Virus record (IMG/VR): IMGVR_UViG_3300025151_000026
From: an uncultured virus (IMG/VR IMGVR_UViG_3300025151_000026)
Lineage: Duplodnaviria; Heunggongvirae; Uroviricota; Caudoviricetes
Direction: 5' to 3' (one strand)
DNA length: 64,000 bases
Positions within the stretch are counted from its first letter, which is position 1. Each line of letters opens with the position of its first letter. Below the pieces are notes generated by a model, which saw only the letters and a program-made list of their open reading frames with translations, did not search any database and was not told the DNA's origin. Positions 19,691-28,221 of this stretch are shown here, piece after piece. Both the position numbers and the translations under genes were made by a program.

Positions 19691-20228
19691 ATCGCTTCAC
19701 CATCTCCTTCATGAAATCTTCGTAGTTAAAGTTCTCCCAATTCTTGATAACATCTAACATAATGTTCAAATCTTGAGACATATCTTTAGTAGGCACTCGT
19801 TGAACTTTAGGATCGGCTTCCTCGTTAGGGAACTCGTAAAGAGAAATCTGCTTGAAATAACCTTGAGCAATCATAGAAGTAACTACTAAACGGGCTTGGT
19901 CGGCGTTCTGTTGGGAATCCAGAGGGATTCGCACACGCTCGGTAGCCCCTTGCATAATCTCTACTTGATACTTAACAATCTCCTGCAAGTATTTTTCCGG
20001 GGTGGATTCCAACCATTGGTTAATTTCGGCTTCATCATGTCCTTTTGAGACTAAGAAATCACGGAAATTACCTGCCACAGCAACTACGAATCGCAAAGGA
20101 TTGTCTAAAATATTAAACATCACGAAATATAAATCATCTTTGTCCCCACTTTCCATGTCTACAGTAGCAGTTACCATGACTTCAGTAGATTTACTGAAAC
20201 CTAATTTTACGTCAGAGATAGTTTTCAT
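19683..20228 (-). CDS. hypothetical protein
   Basis: ORF; start MKTISD preferred (GGAGG RBS, abuts the upstream stop). Confidence 0.65.
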   Translation of the reverse strand: MKTISDVKLGFSKSTEVMVTATVDMESGDKDDLYFVMFNILDNPLRFVVAVAGNFRDFLVSKGHDEAEINQWLESTPEKYLQEIVKYQVEIMQGATERVRIPLDSQQNADQARLVVTSMIAQGYFKQISLYEFPNEEADPKVQRVPTKDMSQDLNIMLDVIKNWENFNYEDFMKEMVKRYG

Positions 20229-20229
20229 C

Positions 20230-20478
20230 TTATGGGCCTCCGTCTGTAAGACAATCATGACAGCAGTAATATAAACCTTCCTGTGAAATGTTGAACTCCG
20301 TGCCACAACGAGTGCATTTTCTTAACCGCCACCGTAATACCCATTTCGGGTTAAACTGACGGGCTTCCGTGAGACTGAGGGCCAAAGGATTGTCAATTAA
20401 ATGACCGTCCATTGATAAGCCTTGCTCATCACAGAAATCCAGTAACTCAAGCGGCACAGGGATCATGGGCTGATTCAC
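20230..20478 (-). CDS. small Zn-finger protein
   Basis: CTRC...YCCHDC. Confidence 0.55.
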   Translation of the reverse strand: MNQPMIPVPLELLDFCDEQGLSMDGHLIDNPLALSLTEARQFNPKWVLRWRLRKCTRCGTEFNISQEGLYYCCHDCLTDGGP

Positions 20479-20957
20479 CTACTTATATCTTTCACATTTA
20501 TGGAGTCCCGAAACTGAAGTTCAGGCACGATAGGCATATAGGGACTTAGATATACTTTGTTTACGCCACCAGTGTCCCAAATCGTAGCATCAAAAGCAAA
20601 CATAACGATATCTACATTGTGTTTAATGGCAGGCAGGACAGGAATATCTTCTATTTCTAAGATAATTTTATTACCACCATCTCCGATGAAACCGACACTT
20701 TGGTCTGACAGTTCTTCTTGCGGTATACGACTGGGAGTAACTAAATCTAAAAACGAGGGCTTAGGACGATTTTCGCTAACATATTCAAAACGTAAAATTG
20801 ACATACCATCTACTACTTTTTCTGCTTCTCCAAAACGAACTTCATTTAGATTTATCCAAAACTGATCACGATAGACTCTACCAATAGGTTCTCCTGCGGG
20901 AGTGGTCCATGTATTCTCGCCTTTTTCAAGTTGATACAAGTTCAACCAGCGTGACAT
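20475..20957 (-). CDS. hypothetical protein, C-terminal SINV tag
   Basis: ORF divergent from the Cas4-like gene; start uncertain. Confidence 0.6.
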   Translation of the reverse strand: MSRWLNLYQLEKGENTWTTPAGEPIGRVYRDQFWINLNEVRFGEAEKVVDGMSILRFEYVSENRPKPSFLDLVTPSRIPQEELSDQSVGFIGDGGNKIILEIEDIPVLPAIKHNVDIVMFAFDATIWDTGGVNKVYLSPYMPIVPELQFRDSINVKDISR

Positions 20958-21042
20958 AATTCTAATTTGAACCTTCAACTATAAATAGGTGATGACAGAT
21001 AGTGGTTATACAACTGCTACAATTAGCAGCATAAACGGTGAT

Positions 21043-22128
21043 ATGATGAGCAATTTTGACCCCATACAAAACTATATTTACAGCAAGCGAAACGGTGGAC
21101 TACGAGTATCTTTGGGTGGACTGAACCCTACAGGTGCATCTTGTGAGATTACAAATGAACAAGGCAACCCTAAGTTGATTGGCAAGTGCCACCGACAAGT
21201 ATGGTATAGTAAAAAGAGAGTGCCTCGCACTAATGAATCTGATGACCTAAGCATGATTCGCTTTGGTATTGGTGATGCTTACGAAGAAGAACTGCAACAA
21301 CATTGGGAGAAGCAAGGTATTCTCTTGGCATCTAATCTTAAACTTAAAGCACCTATCGGTGTTTGTTCCGATGGTGAACAAATAGACATGAGTGGTGAAA
21401 TTGACGCTGTGTTGAGAATGGCTGATATGGACGAATACGGTAGAATCACTAATATTAGTGTGGACGAGGCTGTGGCTATTGAAGTTAAATCTACTCGTGG
21501 GTATTTTAGTGAAAAGGGAATCTTGGGCAAAGCCAACAAGATGTATCCTATTGGTTATCCTAAGTTGGAACACTTGATGCAAACAGGAATGTATCTGCAT
21601 ACTCGTAAGATTGTAGAAGAAACTTATGGAGTTAAGATTCCATATGCTGTCATTGTTTATGGTTTGGTAGATGCTTGTAAGACTAATCAATTCCGTATTG
21701 AACTAAGTAATGACTATGATGGTGAAATCTTAGTTAAAACTATGGACGGCAGGTTGATTAAACCTCAAACCGATCCTATGCTACAATTAGAATCTGGAGT
21801 GCTACATCAACCCATTCAAGGTTTGACTATTCAAAATATCTTGGACAGATATGTAGAGTGCTACGAGAAACTTAAGGCTGATTCACCACCTGACCGTGAT
21901 TTTAGCCTTCGTTATTCTGATGAAATCTTTGAGGAACTCAAGGCTCAAGGTGAACTCACTAAGACCAAGATGGCTGCTTTTGCTAAAAGTAGTATTGCCC
22001 CTGTGGGTGATTGGCAGTGCTCTTATTGTGATTGGAAAGATGAATGTTATCCCTTCGGTGTGATGACTGAAGCCGTGGAATCTGGCGAAGTTAGCAAAGA
22101 AGATGCTATGCGTGAACTCGGTTTCTGA
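21043..22128 (+). CDS. Cas4-like PD-(D/E)XK exonuclease with Fe-S cysteines (stand-alone)
   Basis: CHRQVWY, GEIDA, IEVKS, QxxxY and C-terminal CSYCxWxxxC. Confidence 0.8.
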   Translation: MMSNFDPIQNYIYSKRNGGLRVSLGGLNPTGASCEITNEQGNPKLIGKCHRQVWYSKKRVPRTNESDDLSMIRFGIGDAYEEELQQHWEKQGILLASNLKLKAPIGVCSDGEQIDMSGEIDAVLRMADMDEYGRITNISVDEAVAIEVKSTRGYFSEKGILGKANKMYPIGYPKLEHLMQTGMYLHTRKIVEETYGVKIPYAVIVYGLVDACKTNQFRIELSNDYDGEILVKTMDGRLIKPQTDPMLQLESGVLHQPIQGLTIQNILDRYVECYEKLKADSPPDRDFSLRYSDEIFEELKAQGELTKTKMAAFAKSSIAPVGDWQCSYCDWKDECYPFGVMTEAVESGEVSKEDAMRELGF

Positions 22129-22170
22129 TTTATTAGAGAAGCGCACTTCTCAGGGGAAAGGATAAATCAG
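22125..22170 (+). other. bulged RNA hairpin in the 3' UTR (AGGGGAAAG bulge)
   Basis: CTGATTTATT/GATAAATCAG 10-bp stem and GAGAAG/CTTCTC inner stem. Confidence 0.6.
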
Positions 22171-22214
22171 CGACAACGCTAAATACATATAGTTGGTAGC
22201 AAGAAGATATCTTA

Positions 22215-22586
22215 ATGAACTCAATTAATTTTGCTTTCATAATCCCGGCGGATTCTTGGTCTGATATCTGTTTTACTTGTCAAGAAGAATGGAATGACTC
22301 AGAACAAACTGCTGAAGATGCTCGCCGTATTAGGGCTGCACACTATGATTGTCATGGTTGGACTCATTGTGATGTTAAGTGCTGTGGCCCCTGTCCTACC
22401 TGTGGTTGGTGTGATGGCGTAGAAGAATATTTTGATAATCCTGTTCGGTTTGATGAAACCTTGCACCGCTTAGTAGAAATGACTGACGAAGAAGTGGAAG
22501 AAGCCAAGAAATACATTCCGGCTGATTTAGAAGATGCTGACGAGATAGATTGGTCTTTTGACGAAGCCTTTGAAAGATCTCGTTAG
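22215..22586 (+). CDS. Cys/His-rich hypothetical protein, N-terminal SINF tag
   Basis: ATG 31 nt after TATA; multiple Cys. Confidence 0.65.
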   Translation: MNSINFAFIIPADSWSDICFTCQEEWNDSEQTAEDARRIRAAHYDCHGWTHCDVKCCGPCPTCGWCDGVEEYFDNPVRFDETLHRLVEMTDEEVEEAKKYIPADLEDADEIDWSFDEAFERSR

Positions 22587-23251
22587 AGCATTTTACTTAT
22601 AATTAACAAGCCCACTACACCTATACCGCCATAGAGTAGCCAAGGAGTTCCTGATTCCTCATCGTCATCATCTCCATTATCTCCATTACTACCGTTGCTA
22701 CCGTTGCTACCGTTATCTCCGTTACCATTATCACCATTATCGCCATTACCATTAGAACGACCTGATGTTTCACCACAGGTTTGAGTATCTGTTTCTGTCT
22801 GTTCAAGGTCTGTAGGACAGGCTGTGCCACCATTGGCTGCAGCAGTTTTAACAGAACGGGTTTTGGTGCGAGTTCTGGTCTGGGTGCCATCTTGACAGTC
22901 ACTCCATTCACTCCAGTTACTCCATGAACCCCAAGCAAACATTTCGCAATCAATCGGTTCGGCAGTATCCCAAGGGGCAAGAGATAAGAACTTTACACCC
23001 ATACCTCTGGTAGCACTGTATGTATTACGAAGCCAATCGGAAACAGCATCGGCAGAAGTTAAGCCAGTGCTGTAAGAACCCGAATAACCAAGGACAGACC
23101 GATCCCAGAAATATTTACCGGCATTATCATACCATTTTACTTCTACTGTTTCTTTGCCAGCATCTGCTGGAACATCTTTACTGGTGTCGGCTGCAAAATC
23201 ACTTTTGAAAAAGTTGATTGGTGTGTTAAACAAACTGGCTAATAAAATCAT
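22583..23251 (-). CDS. thrombospondin type-1 (TSP1) repeat protein with G/N/D linker and C-terminal TM
   Basis: DCEMFAWGSWSNWSEWSDCQDGTQTRTR...ANGGTACP; TM WLLYGGIGVVGLLII. Confidence 0.8.
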   Translation of the reverse strand: MILLASLFNTPINFFKSDFAADTSKDVPADAGKETVEVKWYDNAGKYFWDRSVLGYSGSYSTGLTSADAVSDWLRNTYSATRGMGVKFLSLAPWDTAEPIDCEMFAWGSWSNWSEWSDCQDGTQTRTRTKTRSVKTAAANGGTACPTDLEQTETDTQTCGETSGRSNGNGDNGDNGNGDNGSNGSNGSNGDNGDDDDEESGTPWLLYGGIGVVGLLIISKML

Positions 23252-24045
23252 GTTAATCTACCTACTATTACTGTTATGTCATCTGGTTTACCGCCCATGT
23301 AGTCAACCAAAGGTGCTGGCGGTGGAGTGAAATCGGGGTCTTCAGCGTATGGTGCAGCCGAATATAAGTTTTCTACCGAGGCTTGACTGAAAGGTGCCCA
23401 TCGCTTACCATCATTGGAAGCATGAAAAGCACTGACCGCTAAGTTAGCCGCAATATCTTCAGGGGCTAAGTCATCATCTAAGAACTTTTTAATTTCTTTA
23501 TGGTATAAGTTATCCCAAAGGCCGTCGGTGGCTAATATAATTATATCTCCTGACTGCAGTTTGGTAAGCAACTTACGATCTGCGTCGGTAGGTTTGGCAT
23601 CTTTTTCAGAACTGAGGGAATAAGGATAATTGAATAAATATTCTTGCTCAGTGGTTTCAAAGATTAAATCTCCTTCCCGATAGAGGGCTATTCCTGAATC
23701 ACCTAAATTGGCTACCGCTACACTACGAGGTCCTGACTTGATAGCAATACAAGCCGTGCAACTTCCTTCGTGACCTGAACGCTGAGCGTTACGATATCCC
23801 TCTGTTAGAATACTAATCGGTCCAGTAATGCCGTCCATAATAGCATTAGAACAACCATCGGCTACAGCCATACTCCAATAAATAGGATTAACGTTCTCAT
23901 CTGCCCATGCACCTACTCCGTCAAAAACACCCGCCGCAGGAGATTGAGCATCATTGATGATAAACCAAGTATCTTCGCCATCGCCCTTTTGAGGGTGTGG
24001 AACATTGGAAACACCCCACTCAATACGGAGATTCTCATCAGCCAT
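23248..24045 (-). CDS. PP2C-family protein phosphatase, PTC7-like
   Basis: GED, GVFDGVG, GSCTAC, ANLGDSG, FNYPY, LATDGLWDN, GGKPDDITV. Confidence 0.9.
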   Translation of the reverse strand: MADENLRIEWGVSNVPHPQKGDGEDTWFIINDAQSPAAGVFDGVGAWADENVNPIYWSMAVADGCSNAIMDGITGPISILTEGYRNAQRSGHEGSCTACIAIKSGPRSVAVANLGDSGIALYREGDLIFETTEQEYLFNYPYSLSSEKDAKPTDADRKLLTKLQSGDIIILATDGLWDNLYHKEIKKFLDDDLAPEDIAANLAVSAFHASNDGKRWAPFSQASVENLYSAAPYAEDPDFTPPPAPLVDYMGGKPDDITVIVGRLT

Positions 24046-24124
24046 ACGATAATTATAGCCTCACGACTACTTATATTTGCGGGTTTTATGAAAGTATAAG
24101 AGGGTGATACAACCAAGCGATACC

Positions 24125-26341
24125 ATGTTCGTTGATATCGTCGTGCGTGGCAATTGTTGGCCTTATCGTGATATTCTAAAAGATACCTATAACTTGTATT
24201 GGAACAAGAAGCGCAAGTGTTATACTGGCAGGGTAGACATTCGTGGTAGAAAAATTAAAAATCTGGAAAAGTTTTGTTCTACATTTAATCTTAAACTATG
24301 GGTTGATGGACAAATAGTCACTTTGGAAGCAGAAGAGGAAGAAGAAGATGACTTTATTGAGGCTACTGAATATGATGCTACTCAATTAGGTAAGATTGGA
24401 AACCGATCTTTTGGTATGATTAATGCTAATAAACATAATAAAGTAATTGTCAAACAAAATAATGTTCCTTTGTGGGATGTTAGCGAGTTCTTTGCTGGCA
24501 CCAGATTCTCACAGCCACGATTAGAACAACAGCAAGTTGTTCCTTTGATTACTCAAGCCTTGGAAGATGGATACGAAAATATAATTATTGAGTGTCCTGT
24601 AGGTTCAGGTAAATCTGCTATGGCTATGGTAGTTCCTAAAATCTTTGATGCCAATGCTTATATCGTGACCCCACTGAAAGGATTACAGAAACAATACTTA
24701 ACTGAAATGCCATTTATGCGTTCTGTTATGGGTAAAGGTAATTATGATTGTGAATTAGATTTAGAGCCAAATTGTCGGTCTGAACCTGAAGCCCAGAAAG
24801 CCGTGGAAGCCCGTAAGATGAAACTACCAATGGCTACAGGAGGTTGTAGTGCTGATTTAGCACCTTGTAGCAATATCGGATTCAAGTGTGATTTCAAACT
24901 ACCTACTAAAAATAAGCGCATTGATTGGAGTGTCAGCAAAAATAAGTTATGTGATTACTATGGTGCTTTGCATGAAGCCCACCATAATAGATTCTTTGTT
25001 GGAAATACTCACTATCTAATGGGTATGAATCAAAGTGATGCTTATCTACGTCAACGAGATTTATTGATTATTGACGAAGCCCATACTCTACCACACAACA
25101 TGGCTGATTTCTATTCTTTCGATCTGAGCATTAAGAAAATGGAACGATTGTTAGGTATTCCTACCTTTAACGAAATCATGGAAGCCATTGATGAAAAGGC
25201 TATCAATATGCAGAATCAAAGGAATATGATGCTGACTCCATGGAATCCATCTACTTCTCCTAATACTTGGGGAATGCCTCGTATTGGAAGTATCACTCCC
25301 GAGACTGAAGAAAAGCGTCATAAGATGGGGGCTGCTATTTGGATTGCTTATCTTACTAAGATGGTCAAACACATACATCAAGAAATTGACAAGAAGAAAT
25401 ATGATGATAAAACTATTCGTTATGCTGTCAATACTACCAAGCACTTGGAAACCTTGATTGAACAACTAAAGTCTAACCCACAAAATATTATTTGGCAATA
25501 CGATAATGAAGATGACCCTGTTTATCTTAACTTCAAGCCTCTGGACATTAGTCATCTAAGTAAAGATTTACTGTTAGGTTTGGGTAGTCGTCGTATCTTT
25601 ATGAGTGGAACTATTGCTGATGCAGATATATTTATGGAAGAGTTGGGCTTAAATCCTAAATCTACAACCTACATTAAAGTTGATTATAGTAGTTTCCCTG
25701 TAGAAAACCGACCTATCTATACTTCTTTACGAGGCGGTAATCTTAACCGTAGCAAGCGAAATGAAGAACAGTATATGAAAACTGCTGAACAGATTGTAGC
25801 CATCGCTAAACAATTCCCTGACCAAAAGGGATTGATTCTACCCTATACAGATGAAATTGAAAAGAACTTAGTGGCTGCTATTGAACATATTGACCGTAGT
25901 GTGGCTGATAGATTAGTGCAACACGGCAAAGGTGCACGAGAGCGAGATAGTGTCTTTGAGAACTTTGATAAATCTGACGGCAATCAAATACTTTTATCCA
26001 CTTATGCTAATCAGGGTTATGATGGCGGTAGTGTTGGTTTCTGTGTTATTCCTAAACTACCCTTCCCAAGTCTGGGTGATGTCAGAATCGTCAAGAAGAT
26101 GAAAGCCAATCCTAATTGGTATAAACTTCAAACCGGGGTTATGCTAACACAAATGTTTGGACGCATTGTAAGATCTCCTAAAGATACAGGCAAGATATAC
26201 ATATTAGACCCTGCTTTTGATTTCCACCTTAATCACGGTTACGAAGGTAGCACACCTTTGAAACAATTTATTCCGACTTACATGACCGAGGCTATGGACA
26301 ACCACGAGGCTGCTGGGGCAAGACAAATGAAGTTATATTAA
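24125..26341 (+). CDS. DinG/XPD-family SF2 helicase
   Basis: Q motif PRLEQ, CPVGSGKS, Fe-S Cys cluster, IIDEAH, MSGT, KLPFP, QMFGRIVR, ILD. Confidence 0.9.
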   Translation: MFVDIVVRGNCWPYRDILKDTYNLYWNKKRKCYTGRVDIRGRKIKNLEKFCSTFNLKLWVDGQIVTLEAEEEEEDDFIEATEYDATQLGKIGNRSFGMINANKHNKVIVKQNNVPLWDVSEFFAGTRFSQPRLEQQQVVPLITQALEDGYENIIIECPVGSGKSAMAMVVPKIFDANAYIVTPLKGLQKQYLTEMPFMRSVMGKGNYDCELDLEPNCRSEPEAQKAVEARKMKLPMATGGCSADLAPCSNIGFKCDFKLPTKNKRIDWSVSKNKLCDYYGALHEAHHNRFFVGNTHYLMGMNQSDAYLRQRDLLIIDEAHTLPHNMADFYSFDLSIKKMERLLGIPTFNEIMEAIDEKAINMQNQRNMMLTPWNPSTSPNTWGMPRIGSITPETEEKRHKMGAAIWIAYLTKMVKHIHQEIDKKKYDDKTIRYAVNTTKHLETLIEQLKSNPQNIIWQYDNEDDPVYLNFKPLDISHLSKDLLLGLGSRRIFMSGTIADADIFMEELGLNPKSTTYIKVDYSSFPVENRPIYTSLRGGNLNRSKRNEEQYMKTAEQIVAIAKQFPDQKGLILPYTDEIEKNLVAAIEHIDRSVADRLVQHGKGARERDSVFENFDKSDGNQILLSTYANQGYDGGSVGFCVIPKLPFPSLGDVRIVKKMKANPNWYKLQTGVMLTQMFGRIVRSPKDTGKIYILDPAFDFHLNHGYEGSTPLKQFIPTYMTEAMDNHEAAGARQMKLY

Positions 26342-26363
26342 GGTGGGTGCAGAAATGGAAGAT

Positions 26364-27578
26364 ATGTGGGATTTAATTATAGTGGGTGCTGGCCCTGCTG
26401 GTTGTAGTGCTGCTTACTTTAATGCTCAACAAGGTAAACGAGTTTTACTTTTAGATGCCAAAACCTTTCCTCGTGATAAAATATGTGGTGATGGTATCAC
26501 TGGTAAAGCCTTAAATATACTTTACGAAATGGGCTTGGAAGAACAAATAAATGCTGTCAAGAGTATTGTGTCTACAGGAGTAGTATTAGGTTCACCCAAC
26601 CAAAAGGAAATTAGGATTCCTTTGACCTCTGAACACGATCGTTTGATGCCATTTTCTTTAGAACGTTGCTTAATTGATAATTCTATTTATGAAGTGGCAA
26701 CTAAAATGGTCATAGACAATGGAGGTGAAGTTCGCACTGAAAAGGTGCTGGCTACTCTTAGTGAAAACGGTGTTATGAATGGAGTTCGCACTACTGAAGG
26801 AAAATATTTTGGGAAGATAATTGTAGGTGCTGGTGGCTATAGTTGCCCTGTATCTCGGACTATCTTAACACGAAACCAAGAACCAAGACAAGACCGACAA
26901 CACTATTCTTCTGCTGTCAGAGAATACTGGTCTAACATTTCTGGAAGTCAAGGCGATTTTGAAATACATTTTATTGATGGTATCATGCCCGGATACTTTT
27001 GGATCTTTCCTTTAAGTTCCAATAGATATAACATTGGCGTAGGTATGCTTTTAGCAGATATGGACGACCAACAAGTTAAACTTAAGCAAATGCTGAAATG
27101 GATTACTGAAGAATCTCACTTAAGTCACCGATTTAAAGATGCTAAACCTACTGAAAAGAGTTTGCGTGGGTGGATGTTGCCTTTAGGTTCTCCACGAGCA
27201 GGTGAACTCAATCCTCGGTGTAATTATGTAGAAGGTGGTATTTTGCTGGGCGATGCTGCCAGCCTAATTGACCCATTTACTGGGGAAGGTATTGGTAACG
27301 CCTTGGTTTCTGGCAAGTTGTTGGCTCAATATAATAAAATTGATAACACTACAGGTCCAGCCTACCAACAAGCCTTGTGGGAAATGATTGGAAATGAACT
27401 TACTAACTCTCACCGCTTACAGAAAATGTTGAAAAGAAAATGGTTGATTAATTGGGTAATCAAAAAGGCATCTAAAAAACCTAAATTACAACAAATACTC
27501 ACCGATATGTTAAACAATAAAGAAACTCAAGGTAATGCTAATTCTAAATGGTTTATTTTGAAAGCCTTGCTGTTTTAG
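26364..27578 (+). CDS. geranylgeranyl reductase family flavoprotein
   Basis: VGAGPAG, FPRDKICGDG, PGYFWIFP, GDAASLIDPFTGEGI; start could also be 26355. Confidence 0.9.
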   Translation: MWDLIIVGAGPAGCSAAYFNAQQGKRVLLLDAKTFPRDKICGDGITGKALNILYEMGLEEQINAVKSIVSTGVVLGSPNQKEIRIPLTSEHDRLMPFSLERCLIDNSIYEVATKMVIDNGGEVRTEKVLATLSENGVMNGVRTTEGKYFGKIIVGAGGYSCPVSRTILTRNQEPRQDRQHYSSAVREYWSNISGSQGDFEIHFIDGIMPGYFWIFPLSSNRYNIGVGMLLADMDDQQVKLKQMLKWITEESHLSHRFKDAKPTEKSLRGWMLPLGSPRAGELNPRCNYVEGGILLGDAASLIDPFTGEGIGNALVSGKLLAQYNKIDNTTGPAYQQALWEMIGNELTNSHRLQKMLKRKWLINWVIKKASKKPKLQQILTDMLNNKETQGNANSKWFILKALLF

Positions 27579-27613
27579 GAAGTTATATTAAGGTCGCAGG
27601 GAGATGGGATAAC

Positions 27614-27724
27614 ATGGAAACTGAAAGGTGTAGCAAGTGTGATACTATCTACCCCAGACCAGCACTCACTAAAGATTTAGTATGTGTAATGTGCGAACCT
27701 CCAATAACAGGTGATAGAAAATGA
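27614..27724 (+). CDS. micro Zn-finger protein
   Basis: 36 aa, CSKC...CVMC; ATG 30 nt after TATA. Confidence 0.5.
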   Translation: METERCSKCDTIYPRPALTKDLVCVMCEPPITGDRK

Positions 27725-28221
27725 AAATAGCAATATGTGGAAAGATGGCAAGCGGGAAGACAACTTTGGCTGATTGGTTTGTAGAACACCATGGCTTTGA
27801 AAAGATTTCTTTGGCTGCTAAAGTTAAATCTATCGCTGCAGATTTGTTTGGTATGGTTCACAAAGATCGCAGGTTGCTACAACAGATTGGTATGAAGATG
27901 AGAGAAATCAGGGAAGATGTGTGGATTGATTACCTGATTAACCACGAAGGTGAGAACCTGATTGTAGATGATGTTAGATTTATCAACGAAGCCGAGAAAC
28001 TCAAGGCTGCTGGTTGGACTCTGATTAGAATTAATATTGATGACGACCTACAACGAGAGCGACTACAGTTTACCTATCCTGATGATTGGGAAGTGCACTG
28101 GAACAGTCGTCACGATTCTTCTGAAGCCCAAGTAGATTTAATTCAAGCCGATTTGTTAGACTTGGAAGTCACTGCTGTTAATCAACAATGGCCTATTCAT
28201 GACCTTAAGGCTTTACTCTGA
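27721..28221 (+). CDS. P-loop nucleoside monophosphate kinase-like protein
   Basis: GKMASGKTT, RRLLQQIG, IVDDVRFINE, HDSSE. Confidence 0.8.
   Translation: MKIAICGKMASGKTTLADWFVEHHGFEKISLAAKVKSIAADLFGMVHKDRRLLQQIGMKMREIREDVWIDYLINHEGENLIVDDVRFINEAEKLKAAGWTLIRINIDDDLQRERLQFTYPDDWEVHWNSRHDSSEAQVDLIQADLLDLEVTAVNQQWPIHDLKALL

Noticed and set aside
21043..22128. Cas4-like gene as a sign of a CRISPR-Cas locus
   Set aside because: No repeat-spacer array or other cas genes seen; stand-alone Cas4-like nucleases are common in archaeal viruses.
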